A stretch of 64,000 nucleotides of DNA from positions 9,032-73,031 of the forward strand of contig JAZURJ010000035.1 in the NCBI GenBank assembly GCA_045606085.1, in the 5' to 3' direction. Source of the DNA: Oscillospiraceae bacterium. Its GTDB lineage: Bacteria; Bacillota; Clostridia; Oscillospirales; Ruminococcaceae. Under the pieces are notes generated by a model that saw only the letters and a list, made by a program, of their open reading frames with translations, did no database searches and was not told the DNA's origin. Positions 53,849-64,000 of the stretch are shown here, piece after piece. Positions within the stretch are counted from its first letter, which is position 1. Each line of letters opens with the position of its first letter. A program made the position numbers and the translations under genes.

Positions 53849-56800
53849 CAGAATTCATCATAGGAAGAGCCTGTGCGGATGTTTCACGCAGAATGCGTGA
53901 AAAGCTGCTGAGAAATGTCAGAAGCGGCAGGAATGCACTTGTTATCGTTCCGGATCAGTTTGCCTTTGAAACAGAAAAGACGCTGTACCGTGCTTTTGCG
54001 GCAGAGGGCAGAACAGAACTGTTCTCCCGCATATCCGTACGCACGTTCGAAAAGCTGGCGGACGAGCTTATCGCAAAATATGCAGGCGAAAAGAAGCCTG
54101 CTGATGATATCACCAAAAATGTTCTGATGTATCGTGCCGTCAGCGAGATAAAGGACGAGCTTTCTGCTTTCGGAAAGGTCGCACTGAAGCCGGGTTTCGC
54201 TCCGAAAATGACAGGTACAGTAACGCTGTTCAAGACCTCCGGAATATCCGCAGGCTCCTTTGTAAAGACAGTAGATGCGATAAGCGAGGATTTCAGAGAC
54301 AACAGCCCTGCCCTCTTTGCAAAGCTGCATGACATCAGCCGCATCTACACAGCATACGACGCTCTGCTCACAGCATCCTACTCGGACAGACTGGACTGCA
54401 CCCTCACTGCCGCACGTCTTGCCGCTGAATACGGCTGTTTCCGCGGCGAGGATATATACTGTGATGGTTTCAGTGATTTTTCGGGAAGCCAGCTTAAATT
54501 TCTCTGCAGTATGATAGACCTTGCGGAAAATATTACCTTTGCATTCACGACCGAAAATACAGAAAACTGCCGCAGCATCTTCACGACAGTGAATTCCACT
54601 GTCGCAATGCTGAAGGAGCATTCTCTGAATGCAGAAAAGCCTGTTAGCGGTGCAGATGACATCATCACCGAAAACGAGCGTTTCTCATCCCCTGCATTAC
54701 AGAAATTATCGGATAATATATTCAGCACGGGCAAGTCGGTGTGTCCCATGGACGGTATCCGCATCGTACGTGCGGATGATGTATACGGCGAAGCTGACTT
54801 CATCGCGGCCGAGATACGCAGACTGACTACACAGGAAGATCTGCGTTACAATGAGATAGCTGTGCTGAGTGCTTCTGCCGCCGATTACAGGACACCGATC
54901 GAAAGTGCCTTTGACAAATACGGCATTCCTCTTTTCTGCGACATACCCAGAAGCATACTGCATATGCCGATGGTAAACCTTGTGATATCGCTGCTTACCA
55001 TGCTCAAGAGCTTTACTGCGGCTAATGTACTCAGTTATGTCAAGACAGGTTTTATACAGCGTAATAACGGCAGATCGCTCACTATGCGTGAGGTCAATGA
55101 TCTGGAGGATTATATCTACACGTGGAATCTGAAGAGCGAGGACCTGAAGCAACCCTTCCCTGATGACAACGGCAGAACTCCCCGTGCGGAGGAGATACGT
55201 GCGGAATTGATTCCGCCCATACTTGAGCTTAAAGAACGTCTGAAAAAACGTACAGGCGACGAGATCACCCGTGAGATATGCGATTTCCTGTTTGATACTG
55301 TGGGATTACAGCGTGCGGTAGCGGCTCACTGTAAGACCAGCGGCAGCGAAGTACTCTCGGATTCCGACAAAGAACTGATATCGTCCTACCAGACGCTCTG
55401 GAATACTATGCTTGAGATATTCGAGGGACTGTTCAAGGGGCTTGAGGGATATAAGATATCCATATCCGATTACTGTGATCTTTTCAGGGAGATCTGTGCC
55501 GCAACAACACTTGCACAGCCGCCGCAGACGCAGGACAGCGTGCTTGCGGGCGATATTTCCAGAACAAGGCTGGACAGCGTGAAGGTCATTTTCATCGCAG
55601 GTGCCTGCTACGGCTCTTTCCCGAATGAGAACGTGAACAGTGGTCTGTTTTCGGAATACGAGACCGAACTGCTGGGCGAAAGCGTTGTAAAACTCGGAAT
55701 GAACAGACACGAACGTTACTGCTACAATCGTTATCTTGCTTATCGTGCAATGTCTATGCCGTCATCGGCATTGTATCTCACATATCCCATGCTGGATATC
55801 TCCTGTGCAAAGATGTCCCCATCCGATGTGATTCCGCAGATACTTGCGATCTTCAGCACAGAGAACGTCGAAAACGCCGCTGATATGGGCAATGATTTCT
55901 ATTGCAGCAGTGTGAATGCGACACGCCAGAGATATGCATCCGAAGCTACCGCCGACAGCGAGAACCGCTCCACGCTCAGAAAGGCTCTGGAGCTTGCAGG
56001 CGACAAGGAATTCATCAGAAAGCTGGACAAGGTACAGAAAGACCGCATCTATGCATACAGACACAAAATCGATCCCGATACAGCCCGTGCTCTGTTCAGA
56101 AACAAGACTATATCCGCAACTCGTCTGGAAAAGCTGAACCTCTGCCGTTTTGAATACTTCTGCTCCAACGGATTAAGGATACGCGAGCGTTCCAGAAAGG
56201 ACCTCAGCAGCATGGAGATAGGAAATGCCGTGCATTATGTGCTGCAGAAGATGCTGGAGGAATACTGCGACAGCATGGATGTGTTCATCGCATTCACCAG
56301 ACCACAGCTTTCAGATAAGGTACGCTTCTATCTCGATATGTACAAAAAGGAGTTCCTCGGCGGTGATTTCGCAAAGTCGCTGCGGTTCTCTTACCTGTAC
56401 AAAAACCTCACCACCGGTGCAACTGATATACTGATACTGCTTCAGGCGGAATTTGCGGCACGCGATTATCGTCCGAAGTTCTTTGAGCTGCGAATCGGAA
56501 ATGATGACACTGCAATATCTCCTGCGGGAGAAGCTGCGGACCTTGACAGTGTGGTACTCCCTGAAACCGTGCTCAGTGACGAGATAGACGGCGGAAGCTA
56601 TGTCCCCGAAAAGGAAAACACGCTCGAAAAAACAAACACCGCAGGCAGCAGTCGCAGAGAGATAAATACCGACGCACTGCACATCCATGTGCGTGACGAT
56701 ATCGACGTTGATATCACAGGTATCATCGACAGAGCCGATATCTTCACGGACAGATTCGGAAATGAATATATCCGAGTGGTGGATTACAAGACGGGCTCCC

Positions 56801-57348
56801 GTGAATTCAGCATGGTGAACCTTTATTACGGCATCAATACGCAGATGCTGATGTATCTGATAGCTGTCTGCGACGCCAACAAGGAGCTAAGACCCGGAGG
56901 CGTCAGCTACCTGCCAGCCCGTGTCACTGAACCTGTGGATAAGCTCAGTGCTCCGTTTGCACTGCTTTCACAGGATCATATACAGAGTGGTATGTGCGTG
57001 GTCAACGATGCCACCTCGGAGGAAATGACCAGATACGCAGGATATATGGCGGCACGCTCGGGTGCAAAGATGGAAAAATTCCTGCCGAAGGAAGAAAACA
57101 ATCTTTCTGACGAGGAATTCGCACGCCTTGCGGAAAGCTGCAAACGTCAGACCGCAGAAGCACTTGGTAAGCTGTACAACGGAGAGGTGGAGGCTATTCC
57201 CACCGTTTACCGTGAGAAATATCTCGAAAAGAAAGCGTGCAGCTACTGCAGATTTGAACACATCTGCGGACATGATCTTCAGCACGAAGTGTACGCACGC
57301 GAAAAAGAAGACGACGGAGAGGAGGTAACAGAGGATGAAGTGGACTGA
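53845..57348 (+). CDS. addB: ATP-dependent helicase/deoxyribonuclease subunit B (AddB/RexB)
   Basis: 1167 aa immediately upstream of addA. C-terminal nuclease/Fe-S region: IDRADIF..VVDYKTG and cysteines in LCRFEYFC and CSYCRFEHIC. Confidence 0.9.
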   Translation: MTEFIIGRACADVSRRMREKLLRNVRSGRNALVIVPDQFAFETEKTLYRAFAAEGRTELFSRISVRTFEKLADELIAKYAGEKKPADDITKNVLMYRAVSEIKDELSAFGKVALKPGFAPKMTGTVTLFKTSGISAGSFVKTVDAISEDFRDNSPALFAKLHDISRIYTAYDALLTASYSDRLDCTLTAARLAAEYGCFRGEDIYCDGFSDFSGSQLKFLCSMIDLAENITFAFTTENTENCRSIFTTVNSTVAMLKEHSLNAEKPVSGADDIITENERFSSPALQKLSDNIFSTGKSVCPMDGIRIVRADDVYGEADFIAAEIRRLTTQEDLRYNEIAVLSASAADYRTPIESAFDKYGIPLFCDIPRSILHMPMVNLVISLLTMLKSFTAANVLSYVKTGFIQRNNGRSLTMREVNDLEDYIYTWNLKSEDLKQPFPDDNGRTPRAEEIRAELIPPILELKERLKKRTGDEITREICDFLFDTVGLQRAVAAHCKTSGSEVLSDSDKELISSYQTLWNTMLEIFEGLFKGLEGYKISISDYCDLFREICAATTLAQPPQTQDSVLAGDISRTRLDSVKVIFIAGACYGSFPNENVNSGLFSEYETELLGESVVKLGMNRHERYCYNRYLAYRAMSMPSSALYLTYPMLDISCAKMSPSDVIPQILAIFSTENVENAADMGNDFYCSSVNATRQRYASEATADSENRSTLRKALELAGDKEFIRKLDKVQKDRIYAYRHKIDPDTARALFRNKTISATRLEKLNLCRFEYFCSNGLRIRERSRKDLSSMEIGNAVHYVLQKMLEEYCDSMDVFIAFTRPQLSDKVRFYLDMYKKEFLGGDFAKSLRFSYLYKNLTTGATDILILLQAEFAARDYRPKFFELRIGNDDTAISPAGEAADLDSVVLPETVLSDEIDGGSYVPEKENTLEKTNTAGSSRREINTDALHIHVRDDIDVDITGIIDRADIFTDRFGNEYIRVVDYKTGSREFSMVNLYYGINTQMLMYLIAVCDANKELRPGGVSYLPARVTEPVDKLSAPFALLSQDHIQSGMCVVNDATSEEMTRYAGYMAARSGAKMEKFLPKEENNLSDEEFARLAESCKRQTAEALGKLYNGEVEAIPTVYREKYLEKKACSYCRFEHICGHDLQHEVYAREKEDDGEEVTEDEVD

Positions 57349-60300
57349 TGAACAGGAAGTGGCGATAAGCTACCCTTGTGCAGACGGCGTCAAGCTGCCT
57401 CCTGACAGCCGTTCCGCCACCGTTACTGCTGCTGCGGGCAGCGGTAAGACCGCTCTTCTTGTAGAAAGAGTTATCCGCATCCTCTGCGACACCGCACACC
57501 CGATTCCCGCTGACTGTATCGCCATCATGACATTCACCCGTAATTCTGCCGAAGAATTCCGCCGCAGAATGACCGATGCCGTTGCTGAGGCCGCAAGAAA
57601 GGATCCGCAGAACTCATATCTTGCCGATCAGCTCGTGCGATTCAAGAGTGCTCCCATCAGCACGATCAGCTCTTTCTGCCTTGGTATAATCAGAGAACAC
57701 GCCGAAGCATTCGGACTGCCGCTTGGCTTCTCCATAATCGATGAATCCAAATCTGCCGTAATGAAGGCGGATGCACTGGAAACTACGATGGAATACTTCT
57801 ATTCCGACAAATTCGATCCCACAAGCCGCGATCTGCTGTTCAAGACATTCTCATTCAGGAATGACGATCAGCTCAGCGACACGATAGGTTCGCTCTACAA
57901 CAGGATCTCATCACTTGCAGACCCTGACAAATGGATGGACGGGTGCATAGAAGCCTACACCTCCGTTGAAGCTGCACAGAAGCGTTTCCTGCCGTATTAT
58001 CTCGAATATATCGCAAGGACGCTTGACAGCCTGTACGGCAATTTTGACAACTACTACAATACCGTCCAGATGATACACGAAGAACACGAGGACCGTCCGA
58101 AGCTCGACAAGATGTTGATGGACGACTTCGACAAGCTCAGCGAGGCACTTGGAAGGTACAAGAAGCTCCCGCTTTCTCCGACGCTTCAGGATGTCTATCA
58201 CTACGTATCAACGATAGGTCTTAACGACAAAGGTCAGCTGCGATTTGCCAATCTCTCCTGCAAGGACTTATTCATAAAAAAGCGTATCGAAGCATCAAGA
58301 AAGCTGTTCAAGGAACAGTACAAGGCTCTCACTGCCTGTGTGCCGTCACCGAAGGAGCTTGAGAACGAGCTTCCCGAACAGCTTGATGTTACCACCTCCA
58401 TCGTGAAGCTGGTGCGTCTTTACGGCGAGGAATACACACGCCTGAAGCGTGAAGCGGGCTATGTGGATTTTGCCGACTGTGAGCAGCTTCTGCTCACAAA
58501 GCTGAGAGCGGACGAGCAGTTCAGAACAGAGCTGTCACGTCGTTTCCGCTGCATCATCGTGGACGAATTCCAGGATACCAACGATATCCAGTACGAGATA
58601 TTCCGTCTTATCTCAAACCATGAAAACAATCTGTTTTTCGTGGGCGATATCAAGCAGTCCATCTATGCTTTCAGAGGCGGTAACCCATCCATCATGTCGG
58701 CACTGTGCGATCCGCTGGTAGGACAAAGACTGTTACGGATAAACAGCGACACCCTTGAACTGCTGCGTGAAAGAAACAGGACAACGCCTGTAAAACTGCC
58801 TCGTACACACCGTGTAAAAAGCGGCTGCCGTGTGTTTACCCTCGGTGCAAAGCACACTGCACTGCCGCTCAACAAAAATTTCCGCAGCCGCAAGGAAGTG
58901 CTGGACACCGTAAACGCAATGTTCACGGGAGTTATGACGAAGAAATACGGCGACGTCACCTACGATGAAAGCACATCGCTTGTCGCAGGTGCAGATTATC
59001 CTCACGCAAATGCGGACTACACCTCCGAGCTGCATCTGCTGCACTACGACGATATGCCTGACAAGGTACTTGCCGAAGCTCGTTATACCGCACACTACAT
59101 CTATAATAAAATCAGCAAGCGTTTCCCGGTAAAGGACGATGACGGAAATATACGTCCGTGCCGATACGGCGATTTCTGCATCCTGCTGCGTTCCATGACA
59201 CATGCATCTGTATTTACGGAGCAGCTTCAGGAATTCGGAATCCCCGTGAATACGAGCGAAGGCAAAAACTATCTCGCATCCGAAGAGATAACGCTGATAC
59301 TGAACTACCTGAAAGTCATTGACAACCCCCTGCGTGACGAGGAGCTGCTGCAGGTGCTGATGTCGCCTGTGTACATGATGACAGCACAGGAGCTTGCTGA
59401 GGCAAGACTTGGTATCCTCGGCATGGAAAAGCCCGATAATCTGGACATGACGCCTTTGTACGAGCATTATAAGAACACCACTCTTTTCGGCTGTATCAGT
59501 GCCTGTGCAAGAGCATCTGACACAAGAGCTTTCGGTGCGTTCACGGATGAACTTTCCGAGGGTGAGCTTGCCGCTTTCCGTGACCTCAGGAAAAAGGGAC
59601 ATCCGAAGTGTGCGAGATTCATCGAAAACCTCACAAAATTCCGTTCTTTCATGGCAAACAACTCCATCGAAAGACTTATCCGCAAGATATATGACGACAC
59701 AGACTTCTTCTCCGTCATCTCCACGTACGAAAACGGAGAGCAGAAGCTGTCGAACATCCGCCTGCTGATGAAATATGCGGCGGATTTCGAGAATAACGGC
59801 GGCGGCACGCTGGGTGATTTCCTGCGTTATACCGACAGCGTCCGAGAGTGCAACGAGAGCTTCGCCGAAGCTACCCTTGCAAGAAACGCAGATAACAGTG
59901 TAAAGCTGATGACGTTCCACGCTTCAAAGGGTCTGGAAATGCCGATAGTCATCCTTGCGGAACTCGGCAAAGATCCCAACAGACGTGATCTTGGCGGTCC
60001 GTTGGTGTTCAACCGCAGCGTTGGAATTGGTCTGCGTTACGTTGATATCGAACAGCGTTTCAGATACAAGCCGTTCGGATACACTGCAATAACGATGGCT
60101 GAACGTCAGAAGCAAAAGGGCGAGGAACTCCGTCTTCTCTACGTTGCGATGACAAGAGCACGTGAAAAACTGGTCATGATCGGTAAATGCTCCGAAAACA
60201 GCACAACGACAGCCAAAACAGATATCTTCTCCGATGACTTTGCCATGAGCGGCGACAGCCATCTCGACTGGATACTCGCATCCATGATGAGATACTCCTT

Positions 60301-61141
60301 GAGCGATATAATCCCAGACTGCGTTGACGATGACGGAACACATCTTCTGGATGTGACAAGCTGTTCGTTGCTTAAGCCATCTCCCCTGGATTCTCGCTTC
60401 TATACCGAGGATTCCGACGAAAAGGAGCCTGCTCCTGCCGATGATAGGATGGCGGAGCGTATCCATCAGATGATGACGGAGGAATATGCATATGCAGCGG
60501 ATACCACTGCCCGCAGCAAGTTCTCCGTAACCGAGATAGCACATATGATCGATGAGCTTGCAACAGGCGAAGATCAGGGCGGCATAGTGTTCATGCCGAA
60601 GCCGTCCTTCGTGCCTAAGGGGACGCTTACAGGCAAGGAGGTCGGTGACGCATACCATCACGTCATGGAGCACTTCCCTCTGGAGCAGCTCATTTCAGGC
60701 AGGAGCTGCGATACAGAATATGCCGCTGAGATACTGGAAAAGCTGAAACAGCGTGGCGTTCTGGATGACGCTGAGCACCGTGCTGTAAAAGCACAGCATA
60801 TCTCCGCATTCTTCAACAGCGAGCTTGGACACCGTATGCTGAACAGCCGCAGGATCGAGCGTGAATACCCTATCTTTGCAGAGGTCCCCGCACGCGATAT
60901 ATTCGTGCAGCAGGACGGAAACACTATAATCCAGGGCCGTGCAGATATGTTCTTCGTTGAGGACGACGGCATCGTTCTGGTGGACTACAAAAGTGACACA
61001 AAAGAAAATCTCGAAAAGGAGCTTGAGGCTTACTCAAGACAGCTTTCGATATACCGCACGATACTCCCTGTGATGACAGGAATACAGGTCAAGGAGATAT
61101 ACATCTACTCCTTCTCCTGCGACACTGCGGTTTCAGTATGA
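57335..61141 (+). CDS. addA: ATP-dependent helicase/nuclease subunit A (AddA/RexA)
   Basis: UvrD-type motifs AAAGSGKTA, IVDEFQDTN, FFVGDIKQSIYAFRGG, TFHASKGLE, LLYVAMTRA. C-terminal RecB-type nuclease GRADMFFVE..LVDYKSD. Confidence 0.95.
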   Translation: MKWTDEQEVAISYPCADGVKLPPDSRSATVTAAAGSGKTALLVERVIRILCDTAHPIPADCIAIMTFTRNSAEEFRRRMTDAVAEAARKDPQNSYLADQLVRFKSAPISTISSFCLGIIREHAEAFGLPLGFSIIDESKSAVMKADALETTMEYFYSDKFDPTSRDLLFKTFSFRNDDQLSDTIGSLYNRISSLADPDKWMDGCIEAYTSVEAAQKRFLPYYLEYIARTLDSLYGNFDNYYNTVQMIHEEHEDRPKLDKMLMDDFDKLSEALGRYKKLPLSPTLQDVYHYVSTIGLNDKGQLRFANLSCKDLFIKKRIEASRKLFKEQYKALTACVPSPKELENELPEQLDVTTSIVKLVRLYGEEYTRLKREAGYVDFADCEQLLLTKLRADEQFRTELSRRFRCIIVDEFQDTNDIQYEIFRLISNHENNLFFVGDIKQSIYAFRGGNPSIMSALCDPLVGQRLLRINSDTLELLRERNRTTPVKLPRTHRVKSGCRVFTLGAKHTALPLNKNFRSRKEVLDTVNAMFTGVMTKKYGDVTYDESTSLVAGADYPHANADYTSELHLLHYDDMPDKVLAEARYTAHYIYNKISKRFPVKDDDGNIRPCRYGDFCILLRSMTHASVFTEQLQEFGIPVNTSEGKNYLASEEITLILNYLKVIDNPLRDEELLQVLMSPVYMMTAQELAEARLGILGMEKPDNLDMTPLYEHYKNTTLFGCISACARASDTRAFGAFTDELSEGELAAFRDLRKKGHPKCARFIENLTKFRSFMANNSIERLIRKIYDDTDFFSVISTYENGEQKLSNIRLLMKYAADFENNGGGTLGDFLRYTDSVRECNESFAEATLARNADNSVKLMTFHASKGLEMPIVILAELGKDPNRRDLGGPLVFNRSVGIGLRYVDIEQRFRYKPFGYTAITMAERQKQKGEELRLLYVAMTRAREKLVMIGKCSENSTTTAKTDIFSDDFAMSGDSHLDWILASMMRYSLSDIIPDCVDDDGTHLLDVTSCSLLKPSPLDSRFYTEDSDEKEPAPADDRMAERIHQMMTEEYAYAADTTARSKFSVTEIAHMIDELATGEDQGGIVFMPKPSFVPKGTLTGKEVGDAYHHVMEHFPLEQLISGRSCDTEYAAEILEKLKQRGVLDDAEHRAVKAQHISAFFNSELGHRMLNSRRIEREYPIFAEVPARDIFVQQDGNTIIQGRADMFFVEDDGIVLVDYKSDTKENLEKELEAYSRQLSIYRTILPVMTGIQVKEIYIYSFSCDTAVSV

Positions 61142-61192
61142 TGAGGTGATAATACGAAAAGAAATTACTTTTTAAGAGCTGCTGCTTTTATT

Positions 61193-62416
61193 ATGGCAGG
61201 TGCGGCACTTATGTCCGCTGCGGGTGCTGAGAGCATCGGTTTCAGGAACGAAGCGGCACTCGTAAGCGAGGCAAAGACCGCATACGACAACAAATACACG
61301 AACATCCAGTGGAATACCGATGCAGCAGAAAAAGCGGGTGCACCAGTCGTTTTCGGACAGAGCATCCTGCTGCCCGTAAGCAGTACGATATACCGCTATG
61401 CCGAAGAAAACGGCTTCAGGGAAGCCGAGATACGTCTGCCCGAGGAGATATGCTCCTCTTACAGCGGCGTTATGAATAATACTGTTCTGGTGCAGCCCAC
61501 AAAAAGCGGAATCTGCATGGTGGATTTCAACACAGCCGAAATTACCGCACACAAAAGCTTTGACGGCAATATTGACAGTGATGTGGCAGTAATTGACGAC
61601 ATGGCATATTTCTCAGTGAAAAACGGCAGCACAGAGAGATTCTGCTGCGTTGAGCTGACATCCGATCTGCCGGTGCTTTGGGAGTATACCTCACAGGAGG
61701 ACATAACATCCCCGGCCGTACAGGGCGACTTCGTGATATTCGGTGCAGGCGATAAGCTGGTGACCTGTCACTACACAGACGGAACAACCAATGAGATTCC
61801 TGTGGGCGGAAATATCACCGCTGCACCGTATGCATCGCAGTATGCGGTGTACCTTACCACCGCTGACGGAATCACCGTGAAGCTGCGTCTTAACGATGAT
61901 GGTACACTGGAGGAGGACACCCTCGTCACCTGCGAAACCGGAAAGAACTCTTCGGCACCACTGCAGCACAACAACAGGCTGTACGTCACATCGGACAGCG
62001 GACTCCATATACTTGACAGCATCAACATGGAAAGCATTGCTGTGCTTCCCGATATCGCAGGCGGAAGCGATCCGTTCATGACACGCGGCAACGGCCCGAG
62101 ATTATACACCGTTGCACCTTACGAAGGCGGACGCTGGGCACTGTACTGCGTATATGATCCCGGCGAGGACGTTGAGCCGCAGACCGAGATACTTGCAGTG
62201 ATGGAAAACTACGAGGGCGGCAAAGCCGCTGTATCCGCAAACGGTACGATGTATTTCCGTGACGGCATCGGAAGACTTTATGCACTGACACCTGTCGGCT
62301 ACAATCTGCTGGTAATTATCATAAGGCTGATGATCCTTGTACTCCTGATCGCAGGTGTATTCCTGTGGATACGCATGGTAGGAAAACGCAGGGCGAAAAA
62401 CAATCCCATGTACTAA
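61193..62416 (+). CDS. PQQ-like/beta-propeller repeat protein with a C-terminal TM anchor (start codon uncertain)
   Basis: Repeated beta-propeller-like strands (PAVQGDFVIFGAGDKLV, NRLYVTSDSGLHIL, GTMYFRDGIGRLYAL). C-terminal hydrophobic LLVIIIRLMILVLLIAGVFLWI followed by KRRAK. Confidence 0.65.
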   Translation: MAGAALMSAAGAESIGFRNEAALVSEAKTAYDNKYTNIQWNTDAAEKAGAPVVFGQSILLPVSSTIYRYAEENGFREAEIRLPEEICSSYSGVMNNTVLVQPTKSGICMVDFNTAEITAHKSFDGNIDSDVAVIDDMAYFSVKNGSTERFCCVELTSDLPVLWEYTSQEDITSPAVQGDFVIFGAGDKLVTCHYTDGTTNEIPVGGNITAAPYASQYAVYLTTADGITVKLRLNDDGTLEEDTLVTCETGKNSSAPLQHNNRLYVTSDSGLHILDSINMESIAVLPDIAGGSDPFMTRGNGPRLYTVAPYEGGRWALYCVYDPGEDVEPQTEILAVMENYEGGKAAVSANGTMYFRDGIGRLYALTPVGYNLLVIIIRLMILVLLIAGVFLWIRMVGKRRAKNNPMY

Positions 62417-62424
62417 GGTGAATT

Positions 62425-63396
62425 ATGAAAAAGATACTTTTTATTGCAACAGGCGGCACTATCGCCTGCGAAAGCACACAGGCGGGACTCGCTCCGAAAA
62501 ACACCGCAGAACAGCTCCTTGAGCTTATGCTGCACCATTCCTCGTCATATGAGATTACAACAAGGCAGCTGTTCAATCTTGACAGCACAAATATGTCGCC
62601 GCGTGAATGGACGGAGATCGCAACAGAGATACAGCGTGAATACAGCAATTACGACGGCTTCGTAATATCACACGGCACAGATACTCTCGCCTATGCGGCT
62701 GCCGCACTCTCCTGCCTTATCCAGAACAGCAACAAGCCTGTCGTCCTGACAGGCTCACAGCTACCCATGAGTGCAGAAGGCTCAGATGCAAAGAAAAACC
62801 TTCAGGATGCGATCTTCACTGCCTGCAGCGAGCTTTGCGGAATCGCCGTGGTGTTCAACGGACGTATCATGGACGGCCGCTGCGTAAAGAAGCTGCACAC
62901 CCGTGACTTCGACGCTTTCCGCAGTATCGGCAGAGATGATATCGGAAGTGTGAACTGCGGTACTGTCACACTTTTCGAAGAACAGGATCCCGACGTTGCT
63001 CCGATATTCTTCAACCGCATGGACAGTGCAGTATCCGTTGTGAAGCTCGTTCCGGGACTTGACCCGTCTATTCTTGATCATGCCGCACAGAACGGGCGTG
63101 CTGTGGTCATCGAGGGCTTCGGCACAGGCGGAATCCCAGACTATGGCAACAAAGAATTCGAAAACAAGATCGCAGAGCTTACGATGAGCGGCGTTATGAT
63201 CATCATGACGACACAGGTCCTTGAGGGCGGCTGTGATATGTCGCTGTATGAGGTGGGTCGCGAGGTGAAGAACAGATACCGCATAATCGAAGCAAAACGC
63301 ATGACGACCGAGCTTGCCGTGATGAAGGCGATGTGGGCACTTGCATTCGCATATAGTGCAGAGGATTTCAAGGCACTGTTTGAAAGGGAGATATGA
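62425..63396 (+). CDS. ansA: Type I L-asparaginase
   Basis: ILFIATGGTIA, ISHGTDTLAYAA, VVLTGSQ. Confidence 0.92.
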   Translation: MKKILFIATGGTIACESTQAGLAPKNTAEQLLELMLHHSSSYEITTRQLFNLDSTNMSPREWTEIATEIQREYSNYDGFVISHGTDTLAYAAAALSCLIQNSNKPVVLTGSQLPMSAEGSDAKKNLQDAIFTACSELCGIAVVFNGRIMDGRCVKKLHTRDFDAFRSIGRDDIGSVNCGTVTLFEEQDPDVAPIFFNRMDSAVSVVKLVPGLDPSILDHAAQNGRAVVIEGFGTGGIPDYGNKEFENKIAELTMSGVMIIMTTQVLEGGCDMSLYEVGREVKNRYRIIEAKRMTTELAVMKAMWALAFAYSAEDFKALFEREI

Positions 63397-63397
63397 C

Positions 63398-63928
63398 ATG
63401 AACGATACACTTAAAGTAATTGCCGCACGACACAGCTACCGCGGTGCTTTCAGGGCGGACAGAGTTCCGAGAGAACATCTCACAGCCATCGTGCAGGCAG
63501 GTCTTGACGCTCCGTCAGGCTGCAACAAACAGACCACTTCGCTCATAGCAGTGGACGAACCGGAGCTTCTGTCAGAGCTGCTTTCGATGATCGATCCGCC
63601 GATATGTCAGAGTGCACCTGCTGTCATCTGCGTGCTGACACAGCGGATATGTGCATACCGTGACAGATGCTTTGCCGTGCAGGATTACTCCGCTGCGATA
63701 CAGAATATGCTGCTTGCGATCAGATCACTGGGATACGAAAGCTGCTGGTACGAAGGACACATCACAGATGAGGATGACATCGGCGGTAAGCTTGCAAAGC
63801 GGCTTGGCGTGCCCGACGAATATGAACTCGTATGCGTTCTCCCCGTTGGTATTGCCGCGGATGAGGTCAAGGCTCCCAACAAGAAGGAATTCTCTGAACG
63901 TGCATGGTTCAACGGATTTGGCAGATAA
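63398..63928 (+). CDS. Nitroreductase-family protein
   Basis: VIAARHSYRGAF, GLDAPSGCNKQ, IQNMLLAIRSLGYESCW. The ATG at 63398 lies 1 nt after the ansA stop, inside ORF 63341..63928. Confidence 0.85.
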   Translation: MNDTLKVIAARHSYRGAFRADRVPREHLTAIVQAGLDAPSGCNKQTTSLIAVDEPELLSELLSMIDPPICQSAPAVICVLTQRICAYRDRCFAVQDYSAAIQNMLLAIRSLGYESCWYEGHITDEDDIGGKLAKRLGVPDEYELVCVLPVGIAADEVKAPNKKEFSERAWFNGFGR

Positions 63929-63957
63929 TCAACATTTAACAGAAACGAGGTACAATC

Positions 63958-64000
63958 ATGGATATAACACTGAAAAACGGCGATGTCAGTGCAAAGATCA
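63958..64000 (+). CDS. Start of an unidentified CDS truncated by the window edge
   Basis: ATG at 63958 is preceded by GAGG. Only 14 codons are visible. Confidence 0.3.
   Translation, partial: MDITLKNGDVSAKI

Noticed and set aside
58733-60673. 395- and 249-codon ORFs antisense to addA. There are similar ones opposite addB (53884-54621), the sugar kinase (51412-52230) and the ABC exporter (12508-13275).
   Set aside because: All lie inside genes with strong sense-strand motif evidence. They have no independent signals.
1-64000. Searched by eye for mobile-element or defence-island hallmarks: transposase/integrase/recombinase motifs, tRNA attachment sites, long terminal inverted repeats, restriction-modification, Cas, abortive-infection ATPases.
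   Set aside because: Nothing recognisable was found. Gene content and tight operon structure look like stable core chromosome, so no mobile_element or CRISPR feature is reported.

Overview
Densely coding chromosomal segment (about 60 CDS) whose gene content looks like a spore-forming Clostridia genome, possibly Oscillospiraceae/Ruminococcus-like (taxon is inference only). It holds mostly housekeeping and envelope genes: rplJ-rplL with leader, adhE, a T-box-controlled cysE-cysS, metA, birA, dprA, addB-addA, ansA, a gerA-type germinant receptor operon, several ABC transporters, and three tandem cyclophilin lipoproteins. I recognised no rRNA, tRNA, CRISPR array, transposase, integrase or prophage genes, so this is core genome rather than an obvious island. 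Best candidates for something undescribed: (1) a tightly coupled ABC exporter / VTC polyphosphate-polymerase domain / DUF4956 membrane protein / secreted CotH-kinase operon (11965-17167). (2) The cysES T-box leader, expanded by 2.23 copies of an exactly 100-nt tandem repeat, each full copy carrying a UUCG hairpin and a UGC-UGC-AGA-UGC cluster (35319-35541). (3) A two-component system + LanFEG-like ABC + membrane S41 peptidase module resembling nisin-resistance operons (1-5717). (4) A HAD phosphatase fused to an unassigned nuclease-like/wHTH-like region and translationally coupled to addBA (52265-53848). (5) A macro-domain/HTH protein paired with a small cytoplasmic vWA protein (9992-11806). 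All domain calls rest on motif recognition by eye, with no database search. Many very long stop-free antisense ORFs in the supplied track were judged to be mirror-frame artefacts.
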